The translations under genes and the position numbers were made by a program. Below are positions 28,594 to 38,152 of a DNA stretch of 64,000 nt, in pieces; the stretch's first letter is position 1; each line of letters begins with the position of its first letter. Origin of the DNA: Gemmatimonadales bacterium (GTDB lineage: Bacteria > Gemmatimonadota > Gemmatimonadetes > Gemmatimonadales > GWC2-71-9); NCBI GenBank assembly GCA_041577295.1, contig JBFGJG010000001.1, positions 148,117-212,116 of the forward strand, read 5' to 3'. Below the pieces are notes generated by a model that was given only the letters and a program-made list of their open reading frames with translations, was not told the origin of the DNA and did not search any database.

Positions 28594-29552
28594 GCGCCCT
28601 GATCGTCCGCGTACGCCCGCACGATATCCCGCACAATGCGGTGTCGCACGACGTCACGCTCGTCGAGATAGCAGAACCCGACGCCATCGATTCCCGGAAG
28701 AATCCGTTCGACTTGTATCAGGCCTGATTCCTCGCGGTGGCTCAAGTCGATCTGCGTCTTGTCCCCCACGATCACGGCGCGCGAATTGAGACCGAGCCGC
28801 GTGAGGAACATCTTCATCTGCCCTCCCGTGACGTTCTGGGCCTCGTCCAAGATGACAAATGCATCGGCGAGCGTGCGTCCGCGCATGTAGGCGAGAGGCG
28901 CGATTTCGATGGTTCTCGTTTCGAGCGCCTTCTGAATCCGGTCAAACGGCATCATGTCTTCGAGGGCATCGTACAGGGGGCGCAGGTACGGGTCCACCTT
29001 GGCCTGAAAATCCCCCGGCAGAAAGCCGAGCCGCTCCCCGGCCTCCACTGCCGGCCGGGCGAGCACCAGGCGCCGCACCCGCTTCCGTGCCAACGCTTCC
29101 GCCCCGATCGCGACAGCGAGATACGTCTTCCCCGTCCCGGCGGGCCCGATTCCAATCACGATCTCCTGATCGCGTAACGCGCGGACGTAATCGCGCTGAC
29201 CCTGCGTCCGCGGCTGAATCACGCGTCGCAGCCCGGGAAGAACGATCTTGAGCTCGGGATCGTCGACGGCGGACGTGCCATTGCCGTCACCGTCGTTGAG
29301 ACTGCGCACATCGTCCGTGGTGACAGTCTCACCGATCCGTGCGAGGTCAATCATGGCCGACGTCACGCGCGTCGCCCGTTCCACCGCTTCCAATTCGCCA
29401 GCCAGCGTAACCTGGTCGCCCCGCATCGACGCTCGGACCCCGGTGACGCGCTCCAACTCCAACAGATTGGCGTCGTTGACCCCGGCGAACGCCAGGGGGT
29501 CGGCGCCTTCTGCCGACAGGCGATGGGTGACTTCACCGCTCTTAGACATCAC
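28590..29552 (-). CDS. phoH: PhoH family ATPase (YbeZ)
   Basis: It has the P-loop 'GPAGTGKTYLA' and 'ILDEAQN'. Confidence 0.9.
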   Translation of the reverse strand: MMSKSGEVTHRLSAEGADPLAFAGVNDANLLELERVTGVRASMRGDQVTLAGELEAVERATRVTSAMIDLARIGETVTTDDVRSLNDGDGNGTSAVDDPELKIVLPGLRRVIQPRTQGQRDYVRALRDQEIVIGIGPAGTGKTYLAVAIGAEALARKRVRRLVLARPAVEAGERLGFLPGDFQAKVDPYLRPLYDALEDMMPFDRIQKALETRTIEIAPLAYMRGRTLADAFVILDEAQNVTGGQMKMFLTRLGLNSRAVIVGDKTQIDLSHREESGLIQVERILPGIDGVGFCYLDERDVVRHRIVRDIVRAYADDQGA

Positions 29553-31321
29553 GGCTCGACCCTCAGCGCGAGCTCTTTGAGCTCCGCAGGGTCGATGACG
29601 GCCGGCGCGGCTTCGAACAGCGCTCGCGCGGCCGTCGTCTTGGGAAACGCAATCACGTCGCGCAAGCTGCTCGCCCCGGCGAGAAGCATCGTCACACGAT
29701 CAAACCCTACTGCAAATCCGCCGTGTGGTGGTGCGCCCGCTGCGAGCGCACGTAGTAGAAAGCCAAAACGCTCCTGTGACTGTTGCGCGGTCAAGCCCAG
29801 GAGACCGAGCACGTGCACTTGCAGACGCAAATCCGTGATACGAATGGAGCCGCTTCCCAGCTCGACGCCGTTGTAGACGAGGTCGTAGTGCAGCGCGCGA
29901 ACGTCCTCGACCTGTCCGGCCAGCAAACGCTCCACGTCGTCGGGGTGCGGAGACGTGAAAGGGTGGTGGGCAAACACCCATCGCTTCGTGTTCGGATCGT
30001 GCTCGAACAGGGGGAAGTCCTCGACCCAGGCGAACGCGTGGGCCCGCGACGGCGAGAGCGCTAGGCGCTGTATGAGATGGGTGCGCACACGGCCGAGTGC
30101 CGGTGACGTCACCGCATCGGGCCCCGCCGCGGCGATCAGCAGGTCACCGTCGCGGAGCGCCGCCGTGTTCGCCGTGATCCCCTCGAGCTTCGCGAGCGGC
30201 CCCGAGAGCGCGTCACCCTGCCGCTTGAGCGTGGCGAGCCCGCCCGCACCTGCTTGCTTCGCCACCGCGGTCAAGGCATCGATATCCTTGCGCGAGAGCG
30301 CGGCACCTCCCGGGACCCGGATGCCGCGCACGCGCCCGCCGTCGCCAAGCGCGCTGTCGAACGCCCGAAACCCCTTCCCACGAAACATTTCGCCGAGATC
30401 CGCGAGGGTGAGCTCGTAGCGGAGATCGGGTTTGTCACTACCGTAGTGTTCCATCGCGTCGCGATAACGCAGGCGCTCAAATGGCTGGGTCACCGAGTGG
30501 CCCGCCTCGCTCCACAGCGCCACGTGAAGCGTTTCGAGAAAGCCGTACACATCGACCGGTTCCACAAACGATGCCTCGATGTCGATCTGCGTGAACTCGG
30601 GTTGTCGGTCGGCCCGCGTGTCTTCGTCCCGGAAGCAGCGGGCAATCTGGAAGTAGCGATCGAAGCCCGACATCATGAGGACTTGCTTGTAGATCTGAGG
30701 CGACTGTGGCAGCGCGTAGAACTGGCCGCGATGGATTCGGGAGGGGACCAGGTAGTCACGCGCGCCTTCCGGAGTGGGCCGCGTGAGAATTGGCGTCTCC
30801 AGCTCGTAGAAATCCAGTGCCGAGAGTGTCGCTCGCGTCCGCTGGAGGAGCCGGTGCCGCAGCGCAAAGTTCCGCTGGAGCTCGGGACGCCGCAGGTCGA
30901 GGTGCCGGTGCTCGAGTCGGAGCTCTTCAGCGGGAAGTTCCTCCCCCTTGGTCCGCCACACCGGGATCGGAAGCGCGGCTGGATCGGCCGGACCGACTAC
31001 GGCCAAGGTATCGGCGCGCACCTCGACTGCACCGGTGGGCATGTCTGGATTACGCGCCTCGGGTGGTCGTGACTCGACCACACCCTCCACCAACACGACC
31101 GACTCTGGACCCACCCCGGCCGCGCGCCGCAGCACGTCTGGCCCAGCCCAGTCCGGGCCAAATGCCACCTACACCAGCCCGTCGCGATCCCGTAGATCGA
31201 AGAACAGGAGGCCGCCCAGGTCGCGGATCCGATGGACCCACCCCCCGAGCCGCACGCGCGTCCCGACGTGGGACGGCCGGAGCGCCCCACAGCGGTGCGT
31301 TCGCAACGCCGTTCGGGTCAC
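29549..31321 (-). CDS. aspS: aspartate--tRNA ligase, reading frame interrupted by an in-frame TAG at 31169-31171
   Basis: The main ORF 29549-31168 carries the class II core ('[18 protein letters not shown]', 'GGFAVGFDR'). The missing N-terminal OB-fold start '[45 protein letters not shown]' lies in the same frame directly upstream, starting at the GTG at 31321. The two parts are separated only by the TAG. Confidence 0.85.
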
Positions 31322-31623
31322 CTGCCCGTCAGACAGCTTATGCGCTTTCGTGAATACCCGGAGTGCGGCCCCGGCCCGTACTGGTTTGGGGGGCCGCCGT
31401 GGTCGTGGCAACGCCCGTCCCCGAGGGGGCACGGCGCACCCTGCCGGGGTGCGGGGGTGCCGTCTCGACGTGGCCAAGCGGGGAAAACTTGCGATGTGAC
31501 AAGCGGTTGATTCCCATAATCCTCGGGACCTGCCAAGTCCCAGTACCACAGGAACATAATGGCCTCCGGGAGGAGCAGCAAGCGGCCGCTTGACACCCAA
31601 CCGGGCGTCTATGAACCTTCGGC

Positions 31624-32520
31624 GTGCGTCGCCTGTTCCTTTTGATGTCGTGCTCCTGGGTCGCGTCCCCACTCATGGCGCAGGCTCCACCCTCTGCTAA
31701 TCTCTGGCGCGTGGCCGCCGCATCGCTTACCAGCCCCGCCGCTCTAGCCCAGGGGGCAACCGCGGTGTTCTGGAACCCCGCCGCGGCCGAGCCCACGCGT
31801 CTCAGCGTCGGGGTGCAAGTCATTGAGACCTCGGAAGTCTTGGGTCTCCGCGGCATCGTCGGGGCTGTGACCACGTCGCTGGGCCCGCGAGTACAGCTCG
31901 GGGTGGTCGCCGGACGCATGGATATACGCGACCTGGTTCGTACGACGTCTTCCCCCATCAGTACGGGCGGTTCCATCCCGGTCTATGATCAGATGATCGG
32001 AGGGCGGGTGCGTGTCACCCTAGCCGGGTTGGAGCTCGGGGGACTTGTGCGGGCGCACGACTCACGATTCGACGCGCTACGGGAGGGTGGCGTGACCATG
32101 GACCTGGGCGTCCGCTATCGCCCGTTCCCCCACGTCCAGGTGGCGGCAGCCACCCACTTCCTCCCCGTGGACCTCAGCGAGCGCGAGAACACCGACTACT
32201 ACTTTGGCGCAGAGTACGCCTTTACCGACGCCGTGTCGGTCGCTGGCCTGCCAACCACCATCCTCGGTCGCTATGGGTTGAGCGTGCGCCCAACCGGAGA
32301 TGTCGAGCACGCGCTTGGCGCCGGCGCCGGGTTTGGCAGCCATGTCTTCGTCGATGGGTTCGTCGTCCGCGAGAGCGCCTTCGGCGACGTCGCGTGGCGT
32401 CCTGCATTCGGCATCGACATCGTGATTGGTCGGTATGCCATCACCTTCGCACGGAGTGTGGGTATCAACGACGTTGGGGGCACCTTTCGGATCGGTTTGG
32501 ACGTCGATTTCATCCGATGA
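31624..32520 (+). CDS. putative outer-membrane beta-barrel protein with signal peptide
   Basis: The signal peptide is '[21 protein letters not shown]' and 'NPAAA' lies near the N-terminus. The protein shows an alternating hydrophobic pattern and an aromatic-rich C-terminus. I could not assign a family. Confidence 0.4.
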   Translation: MRRLFLLMSCSWVASPLMAQAPPSANLWRVAAASLTSPAALAQGATAVFWNPAAAEPTRLSVGVQVIETSEVLGLRGIVGAVTTSLGPRVQLGVVAGRMDIRDLVRTTSSPISTGGSIPVYDQMIGGRVRVTLAGLELGGLVRAHDSRFDALREGGVTMDLGVRYRPFPHVQVAAATHFLPVDLSERENTDYYFGAEYAFTDAVSVAGLPTTILGRYGLSVRPTGDVEHALGAGAGFGSHVFVDGFVVRESAFGDVAWRPAFGIDIVIGRYAITFARSVGINDVGGTFRIGLDVDFIR

Positions 32521-33617
32521 ATCTGCTCGACCTCGCTCCGTCGGACGCGGCAACGGCTCTCGCAGCATGGATGAGCGAGCAGGGCGAACCGCGCTACCGC
32601 ACGCCGCAGGCGCTCCGGCGGTTGTGGCGCCAGCCCGCGCGAGCGTGGCACGACGCTACGGAACTGCCGCTCGCACTACGCAACGCGCTCGAGCGGAAGT
32701 TTCCACTCCGGCGCCCACGGCTCGTCACCAGGCAGGTGTCGTCAGACGGCACCATCAAGTTCCTGTGGGGCTTTCCCGATGACGAAGCCGTCGAAGCAGT
32801 CCTGATCCCCGAAGGGCGGCGAAAAACGCTGTGCATCTCTTCACAGGTGGGGTGCGCGTACGGCTGCATCTTTTGTGCAACCGGCCGCATGGGCTTTGGG
32901 CGTCATTTGGAAGCGTGGGAGATCACCGCGCAGCTCCGCGAACTCCTGCTCGACGACACCTATGAGCGTCCGACCAACGTCGTCTTCATGGGCATGGGAG
33001 AGCCGCTGCACAACTGGGATAACGTCGACCGCGCGCTCACCATCCTCAACGATCCTCAGGGGTTGGGACTCGGTGCCCGCCACATCACGGTGAGCACGAT
33101 TGGCCTCGTCCCTGCCCTCGCCAAGCTGGCTGCCCGCCCAGAGCAGTTTCGTCTGGCGCTCTCGTTGCATGGGGCCGATTCGGATACCCGTCGGCGCCTG
33201 ATGCCTATTGAGAAGAAGTACCCGCTGGCGAGCGTCGTGAAGGCGCTGGGAAATTTCCGCCGCCGCATCACGCTCGAGTACGTGTTGATCGCCGACATCA
33301 ACGATCAGCCTGAGCACGCTGATCGATTAGCCAACCTCGCCCGCCCACTCAGAGCGCATGTGAATCTGTTGCCATTGCACCCAGGAGGTGCGCCCGATCT
33401 CCACCCCTCGTCCGAGGCGCGGATGCGGCGCTTTGCGGATCGACTGCTGGAGCTTGGCGTGCGCGCGACCCTGCGGCGGAGTCGCGGACTCGATATCAGC
33501 GCTGCGTGCGGCCAACTACGGCTCGAGACCGATCGTCACGGCATCCGCGCCCAAGATCACGGTCACGTCCAGCAACCGAGAGGGATTGGGATCAAGGGCA
33601 ACGACCCCATAGCCTAA
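32517..33617 (+). CDS. rlmN: 23S rRNA (adenine2503-C2)-methyltransferase RlmN
   Basis: It has the radical-SAM motif 'SSQVGCAYGCIFCATG', the 'GMGEPL' motif and the C-terminal catalytic Cys in 'SAACGQL'. The ATG at 32517 forms an ATGA overlap with the upstream stop. Confidence 0.9.
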   Translation: MNLLDLAPSDAATALAAWMSEQGEPRYRTPQALRRLWRQPARAWHDATELPLALRNALERKFPLRRPRLVTRQVSSDGTIKFLWGFPDDEAVEAVLIPEGRRKTLCISSQVGCAYGCIFCATGRMGFGRHLEAWEITAQLRELLLDDTYERPTNVVFMGMGEPLHNWDNVDRALTILNDPQGLGLGARHITVSTIGLVPALAKLAARPEQFRLALSLHGADSDTRRRLMPIEKKYPLASVVKALGNFRRRITLEYVLIADINDQPEHADRLANLARPLRAHVNLLPLHPGGAPDLHPSSEARMRRFADRLLELGVRATLRRSRGLDISAACGQLRLETDRHGIRAQDHGHVQQPRGIGIKGNDPIA

Positions 33618-33914
33618 CGCAGCGCGCACGCGCTTCGCGCCGGTCGAGTCACCTCGACGAACCAGGAGGAGCGTCGTATCCCGTCCGCGCGTCGACGCGT
33701 CCCCCCAAAAAACCACGTCAATCCCGGCGCGACGCAGCTCGCGCGTCGTCTCCCGGGCGAGCCCATCGGTGCCTGTTCCGTTCAAGACTTCGACGGTGAC
33801 GCGATCACCTTCGCCGGGAATGGGAAGCGTGTCCGTTCGACCGGCGCGGCTGAGCACGAGCGCGGTCGTCAAGATCAGGGCACCCGCGCCGGCGGCGAAA
33901 ATCAGTCGACGCAT
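33516..33914 (-). CDS. LytR C-terminal (LytR_C) domain-containing membrane-anchored protein
   Basis: It has an N-terminal TM anchor and 'VEVLNGTGTDGLARETTRELRRAGIDVV ... VTVILGAD'. Confidence 0.65.
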   Translation of the reverse strand: MRRLIFAAGAGALILTTALVLSRAGRTDTLPIPGEGDRVTVEVLNGTGTDGLARETTRELRRAGIDVVFWGDASTRGRDTTLLLVRRGDSTGAKRVRAALGYGVVALDPNPSRLLDVTVILGADAVTIGLEP

Positions 33915-34444
33915 CGGAGGGAGTTCCAGAAGTCGACTGTCTCGGGCAACAGTGATTGATCTCGTGCAATGATCATGGTGATGCGCGCCCGCGCGACATG
34001 ACGGAGCGCGCTATGCCGGTCGTCGAGCACGAGCGCGGTGAGCTGTTCGCGCTCGGCACGGTTCCCCCCGGTCCGTCCTGGTTCGAGGAAGTCTGCCAGA
34101 TAGAGCATGCGGCCCACGTCATCCCACCGCGCATACCCAACGGAGTGGAACGCCACGGCGTCGAGGACACCACGGTCGTCCTCGCCGTGTTGGGCCGCCA
34201 TCGCCGCCGCCGCCGGGCCGTGTAGCAGCGCTGGCCGATCCCAAGCTCGCGGCGCCAGCGCTCGCAGCGTCTCCACTGGCGCGTCTTTGAGCGCGTCATG
34301 GAGTGCCGCGGCCCTCAACCACCGTTCCCGTTCGGTCCGGTCCACGCTCAACGCGTCCGCCCAGGTCATCAACAGACGTCCCACGCGCTCGATGTGTTGA
34401 CGACGCGTCTCGCTCACCGCGGCCCACGACGGGATCGCTTTCAC
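33902..34444 (-). CDS. HD domain protein, YqeK-like (bis(5'-nucleosyl)-tetraphosphatase family)
   Basis: It has 'RRQHIERVGRLL...AAALHDALKD' and is about 180 aa. The start forms a GTGA overlap with the folK stop. Confidence 0.55.
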   Translation of the reverse strand: MKAIPSWAAVSETRRQHIERVGRLLMTWADALSVDRTERERWLRAAALHDALKDAPVETLRALAPRAWDRPALLHGPAAAAMAAQHGEDDRGVLDAVAFHSVGYARWDDVGRMLYLADFLEPGRTGGNRAEREQLTALVLDDRHSALRHVARARITMIIARDQSLLPETVDFWNSLRCVD

Positions 34445-34866
34445 GGCTGTGCATCCTCGAGCTCGGCGAGTTCCCGGAGCCAGAAGCTGCGATTGGGAAG
34501 TTCTGGGTGTGGCAGGATGAGATCGGCCTCGGCGATTGCCAGGTCCCCGTACCGCACAATGTCGATATCCAACGTCCGCGGCCCCCAGCGCCGCTCGCGC
34601 ACGCGTCCCGCCTCACGTTCGATCGCGTGACACGCGGCCAGGAGGGCCTGGGGCGTGAGGCCCGTGGTCACCAGCACCATCTGGTTCAGATATCGGGGCT
34701 GCGGTGGACCGAGGGGCTCGGTCTCGTCGATGCTGCTCGTTGCCAGCACCTCGGTGTGCGGTAGCGCGTGGAGTCGTTCGCGCGCCAAGGCCAGATAGCG
34801 AGCGCGGTCACCCTGATTGGACCCCAACGCGATGTAGACGTGCTCAGGTTTCCGCGCGACGCTCAC
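34441..34866 (-). CDS. folK: 2-amino-4-hydroxy-6-hydroxymethyldihydropteridine diphosphokinase
   Basis: It has 'VYIALGSNQGDR', 'ETEPLGPPQPRYLNQ' and 'WGPRTLDIDIV'. Confidence 0.9.
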   Translation of the reverse strand: MSVARKPEHVYIALGSNQGDRARYLALARERLHALPHTEVLATSSIDETEPLGPPQPRYLNQMVLVTTGLTPQALLAACHAIEREAGRVRERRWGPRTLDIDIVRYGDLAIAEADLILPHPELPNRSFWLRELAELEDAQP

Positions 34867-35221
34867 GTTCCAATACCACCTCGACGTAGTCCAGCAATCC
34901 GTGGATCGGTGCGTGGGGCTTACGCGCCGCCACGCGGACGCGCTCGACCCGATCCAGCGTCAGCGCGCCGGCGGCGATCTTCTCACACAGGGCTTCCAAC
35001 AGGCGGTGGTGACTGGTCCCGACCGTCTCTGCGACGAGGTTGTAAAGGTCACGGTAGTCGAGCAGACGCCGCGGCGAGTCGGTCTCGCCCACGTGTCGGA
35101 GGTCGAGCCACACGGTGAGATCCACGTCGAGCGGCTGCGGCACGGACTCCTCGTGTGGCAAGAGCCCTACGCACGTGTGAAACCGCATCCCGCGTAATGT
35201 GATCGAATCGCTAGTGCTCAC
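34844..35221 (-). CDS. folB: dihydroneopterin aldolase
   Basis: It has 'ITLRGMRFHTCVGLLPHEE' and 'LDYRDLY', and is about 125 aa. Confidence 0.85.
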   Translation of the reverse strand: MSTSDSITLRGMRFHTCVGLLPHEESVPQPLDVDLTVWLDLRHVGETDSPRRLLDYRDLYNLVAETVGTSHHRLLEALCEKIAAGALTLDRVERVRVAARKPHAPIHGLLDYVEVVLERERRAET

Positions 35222-35255
35222 GGAAACGAAGCGTAAGGCCCCCGGGGGTCGGGTG

Positions 35256-37349
35256 TCAAAGGCCGGCGCCGTCTTCCGAGGTCACTTGGCTGGTAATCTC
35301 CGATAACATCTTTGCAATGGCGTTGAGCTCGTTGGTGGCCTGCCCCATTTCATCGACGCCGCTTGCGACGTCCTTGGCCCGTTGTAGCACGGTGTCGGCG
35401 TCTTTCCGATTGCGCGACGAGATCGTTGCCACGCCGGTGATCCGCTCGTCGAGCCGTGCGAAAACTTCGGTCTGCTGCCGCGTGGTCGCTGCGATACGTC
35501 GCACGTGGTCCGTCGCCTCCAGGGTGATACGGGTGATCGATTCCAAGGCCTGAAGCCCCTCGGTGCTCAGGTCTTCCACACCACCGACGGCGATCTCGCC
35601 GCCCCGCATGTGATCCACCACCTCCCCCAGCCGCCGTTGCATGTCCTCGACCAGTTCCGCCGCCTCGTCGGCGGTGCGCACTCCCTGCTCGGCCAGGCTG
35701 CGAACCTCGCGCGCGACCTCGGCAAACCCGCGACCATGCGCACCCGCCCTGGCGGCTTCGATCGCGGCATTCAGCGCCAGCAGGTGGGTCAGATCCGCCA
35801 ATTCGCGAATCGACGTTAGAAACTTCACGATCCGTCGGCTCGCGGTGCCAAGCTCACCAACCTTCTGGGAACTCTCCGCAACGAACGTCTTCAGCGTCAC
35901 GAGTCGCTCAATCGCGTCGCCGATCGTGCGGCGGTGCCGCTCGGCTAGATCGCTGGCTGTGGTGCTCGCCTTCGCCGCCTCGCTGCTGTCCTGATGCACT
36001 TGCTTGGTGGCAGCGCTCAACTCCTGCGTGGCATCCAACCCGCTAACCACCTCGGTGTCCTGTTGGGATAACCCACCGCCGATCGCCTCGGTGGCAGCCG
36101 TCATCGCGTCTGCCGCCGCGCGAAGCCCGTCCGCCAGGGAACCCAGCGCTTTCACTTGTTGATTGATCCGTGCGACCGTGTCGAGCAGCGGCTTGCGCAG
36201 GTCCGCAATGTGAACCGCGGTGGCAATGCGGCGTGCGCAGGTTTCGACCAACCCGAGCCGGCGGCGGCCATACTGGCGTCGCTTGTGGTGATCCAGCTCG
36301 AACGTCCCGATGAACTCCTCGCCGAAGACGAGGGGCACGATCACCAGACTGCGAACGTAGGTCGTGAGTCCGACCGTGCGTGCATCGCTCTCGGTATCCT
36401 GGATCGCGATCGTGCGGCGCGTCTCGAGCGCCTCCGTGCGCAACGTCTCAAACACAGGAGATATGTCGCCGGTTTCCGGTGTCCCGCTCGCTCCGCGATA
36501 GAGTGCCTCGAACGCGGTGCCGGTCCAGCGGTACACGCGATAGTCGCGCCAATCGAGAATCCGATGGGCCAGATCTTCGATGGTGGTGAGTGCCCGATCG
36601 AGCGTGACGTTGCTGGTGATCACGAGCTCCATTGCATGCAGCTTGTTCAGTTCCTCTGCTTGAATGGCCTCTTCCAGGATCCGCTTGATGATCGAGGCGA
36701 TGAAGACCACCAGGAAAGCGACGAACGGCCAGACGATCGCCGGCAGGAAAGCAACGGTCAGGATGACCACGCCGGCGCCGACCAGCGTGATCCCGTACGC
36801 CACGACCTCGTATCGCAGCACGAACAACCGCTCGTCGTGCGGAAGCTTGTCGCGAATGATGAGCGTGTAGTAGAACAGCGCGCGGGAAACGACGAAGTAG
36901 CTCAACCCGAACAGCGTGATTGCGAGAATCGCCTCATAGGATCTCGGCGTCGTGACACCGGAGAGGAGCAGCGCCCCTGCGTAAAACCCGTACGAGACAA
37001 CGAGCGCCGTCGCTTCGCGTGCCACGTTGACCAGTGCCGCTCGGGGATCTTTGCGAAACCAGATCCAATCCGTCGCGAACAGTCCGAGCGACACGCCGAG
37101 AACGGTCGTTGCCGGACCGAAGAGGAGCGCACCAGCGACCAGCGCAATTCCCGCCTGCGTCGCGTACGAGTATTTCCCGATCGCCAGGTAAAACGCACGC
37201 AGTGCAGCGGTGCCCAGCGCGAGCGCTAGGATGGCCGTCCACGATTCGAGCCACCGGGGGTCTCGCACAGGAACGGCAAGCAACAACAGACCGCCCGTTC
37301 CCGCGAGCGTCCGTGAGAACACGAAGCTCCATCGCCGAACGGCTCTCAC
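35256..37349 (-). CDS. methyl-accepting chemotaxis protein with polytopic N-terminal membrane domain and GAF domain
   Basis: It carries the highly conserved MCP signalling hairpin '[36 protein letters not shown]'. The GAF-like region is '...[24 protein letters not shown]'. There are about 6 predicted TM helices at the N-terminus. The GTG at 37349 forms a GTGA overlap with the trpA stop; the ORF-track start at 37670 lies inside trpA. Confidence 0.8.
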   Translation of the reverse strand: MRAVRRWSFVFSRTLAGTGGLLLLAVPVRDPRWLESWTAILALALGTAALRAFYLAIGKYSYATQAGIALVAGALLFGPATTVLGVSLGLFATDWIWFRKDPRAALVNVAREATALVVSYGFYAGALLLSGVTTPRSYEAILAITLFGLSYFVVSRALFYYTLIIRDKLPHDERLFVLRYEVVAYGITLVGAGVVILTVAFLPAIVWPFVAFLVVFIASIIKRILEEAIQAEELNKLHAMELVITSNVTLDRALTTIEDLAHRILDWRDYRVYRWTGTAFEALYRGASGTPETGDISPVFETLRTEALETRRTIAIQDTESDARTVGLTTYVRSLVIVPLVFGEEFIGTFELDHHKRRQYGRRRLGLVETCARRIATAVHIADLRKPLLDTVARINQQVKALGSLADGLRAAADAMTAATEAIGGGLSQQDTEVVSGLDATQELSAATKQVHQDSSEAAKASTTASDLAERHRRTIGDAIERLVTLKTFVAESSQKVGELGTASRRIVKFLTSIRELADLTHLLALNAAIEAARAGAHGRGFAEVAREVRSLAEQGVRTADEAAELVEDMQRRLGEVVDHMRGGEIAVGGVEDLSTEGLQALESITRITLEATDHVRRIAATTRQQTEVFARLDERITGVATISSRNRKDADTVLQRAKDVASGVDEMGQATNELNAIAKMLSEITSQVTSEDGAGL

Positions 37350-38152
37350 GCCACGCCCTCGCCGATGGGTGCCGCGTTGTCGAGGCTCATGCGAAGCCCA
37401 CTGAAAAATTCTCTGGCGTTGGCCAGCCCTTGCTCCAGCCGCTGTACCAGCGCACTCCCCACCACGACCCCGTCCGCGATCGCCGCGGCCGCCGCCAGTT
37501 GGCGACCCTCGGTGAGCCCAAAACCCACCACGATGGGCAAGCTGGTGCAGCGACGCACCCGTGCAACTGTCGCCTCGAGACCTCCCGTCACCTCCGTCCG
37601 CGCGCCGGTGACGCCTAGCCGCGCGATGACGTACACAAATCCCCGGGCGTTCCGCAGGATGGCACCGCATCGCGCATCGTTCGTGGTGGGTGCGATCAGC
37701 TGAATCTGTGTCAGCGGACTATCGGCGAGCGCACCTTCGACCGCGGCATCTTCACCGCCAGGCACGTCCGTGAGGAGGACACCCGCAACGCCTGCCTCGC
37801 TCGCGTCCGTCACGAAGCGCTCGAGACCGTACGCCAGAATGGGATTCACGTAGCCGAACAAGATGATCGGAATCTCGAGGTCCACCTCACGCACCATGGC
37901 GAGGACCTTCGCGAGGTTCATTCCCCCCTCGAGGGCGATCTGATTGGCGCGCTGGATCACGGGACCGTCGGCGACGGGGTCACTGAATGGCACGCCGACC
38001 TCGACGAAATCGGCGCCCGCGTCCACCACCATTTCGAGGGCGGCGCGTGACACCTCGGCCGTCGGGAAACCGGCGGTCAGGTAGGGAATGAGAGCGGTAC
38101 GGCGCTTGTGACGGAGGTGCGACCAGCGCGCCTCGATGCTGCTGTCAGACAA
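37346..38152 (-). CDS. trpA: tryptophan synthase alpha chain
   Basis: It has '[10 protein letters not shown]', '[20 protein letters not shown]' and 'GFGL'. Confidence 0.9.
   Translation of the reverse strand: MSDSSIEARWSHLRHKRRTALIPYLTAGFPTAEVSRAALEMVVDAGADFVEVGVPFSDPVADGPVIQRANQIALEGGMNLAKVLAMVREVDLEIPIILFGYVNPILAYGLERFVTDASEAGVAGVLLTDVPGGEDAAVEGALADSPLTQIQLIAPTTNDARCGAILRNARGFVYVIARLGVTGARTEVTGGLEATVARVRRCTSLPIVVGFGLTEGRQLAAAAAIADGVVVGSALVQRLEQGLANAREFFSGLRMSLDNAAPIGEGVA

Noticed and set aside
31169-31171. The possibility that TAG is reassigned as a sense codon (alternative genetic code), given the in-frame TAG in aspS.
   Set aside because: TAG terminates other well-defined genes in the window (1534-1536 and 22935-22937). 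No other recognisable gene is interrupted by TAG. A point change or error at a CAG codon is the more economical explanation.
31555-31600. SRP (4.5S) RNA-like motif: CTCC-GGGA-GGAG GNRA hairpin followed by GCAGCAAG, reminiscent of the 'CCGGAAGGAAGCAGCC' of domain IV.
   Set aside because: The 5' side lacks the conserved GUCAGGUCC-type strand. I could find no long closing helix. The element sits about 30 nt before a start codon, next to a DNA palindrome. The resemblance is too partial without a covariance-model score.
35222-35255. The GC palindrome GACCCCCGGGGGCC between the MCP gene and folB, as a possible terminator.
   Set aside because: It has essentially no loop and no U-tract. It lies between co-directional genes only 34 nt apart. 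It is more likely incidental in GC-rich DNA.
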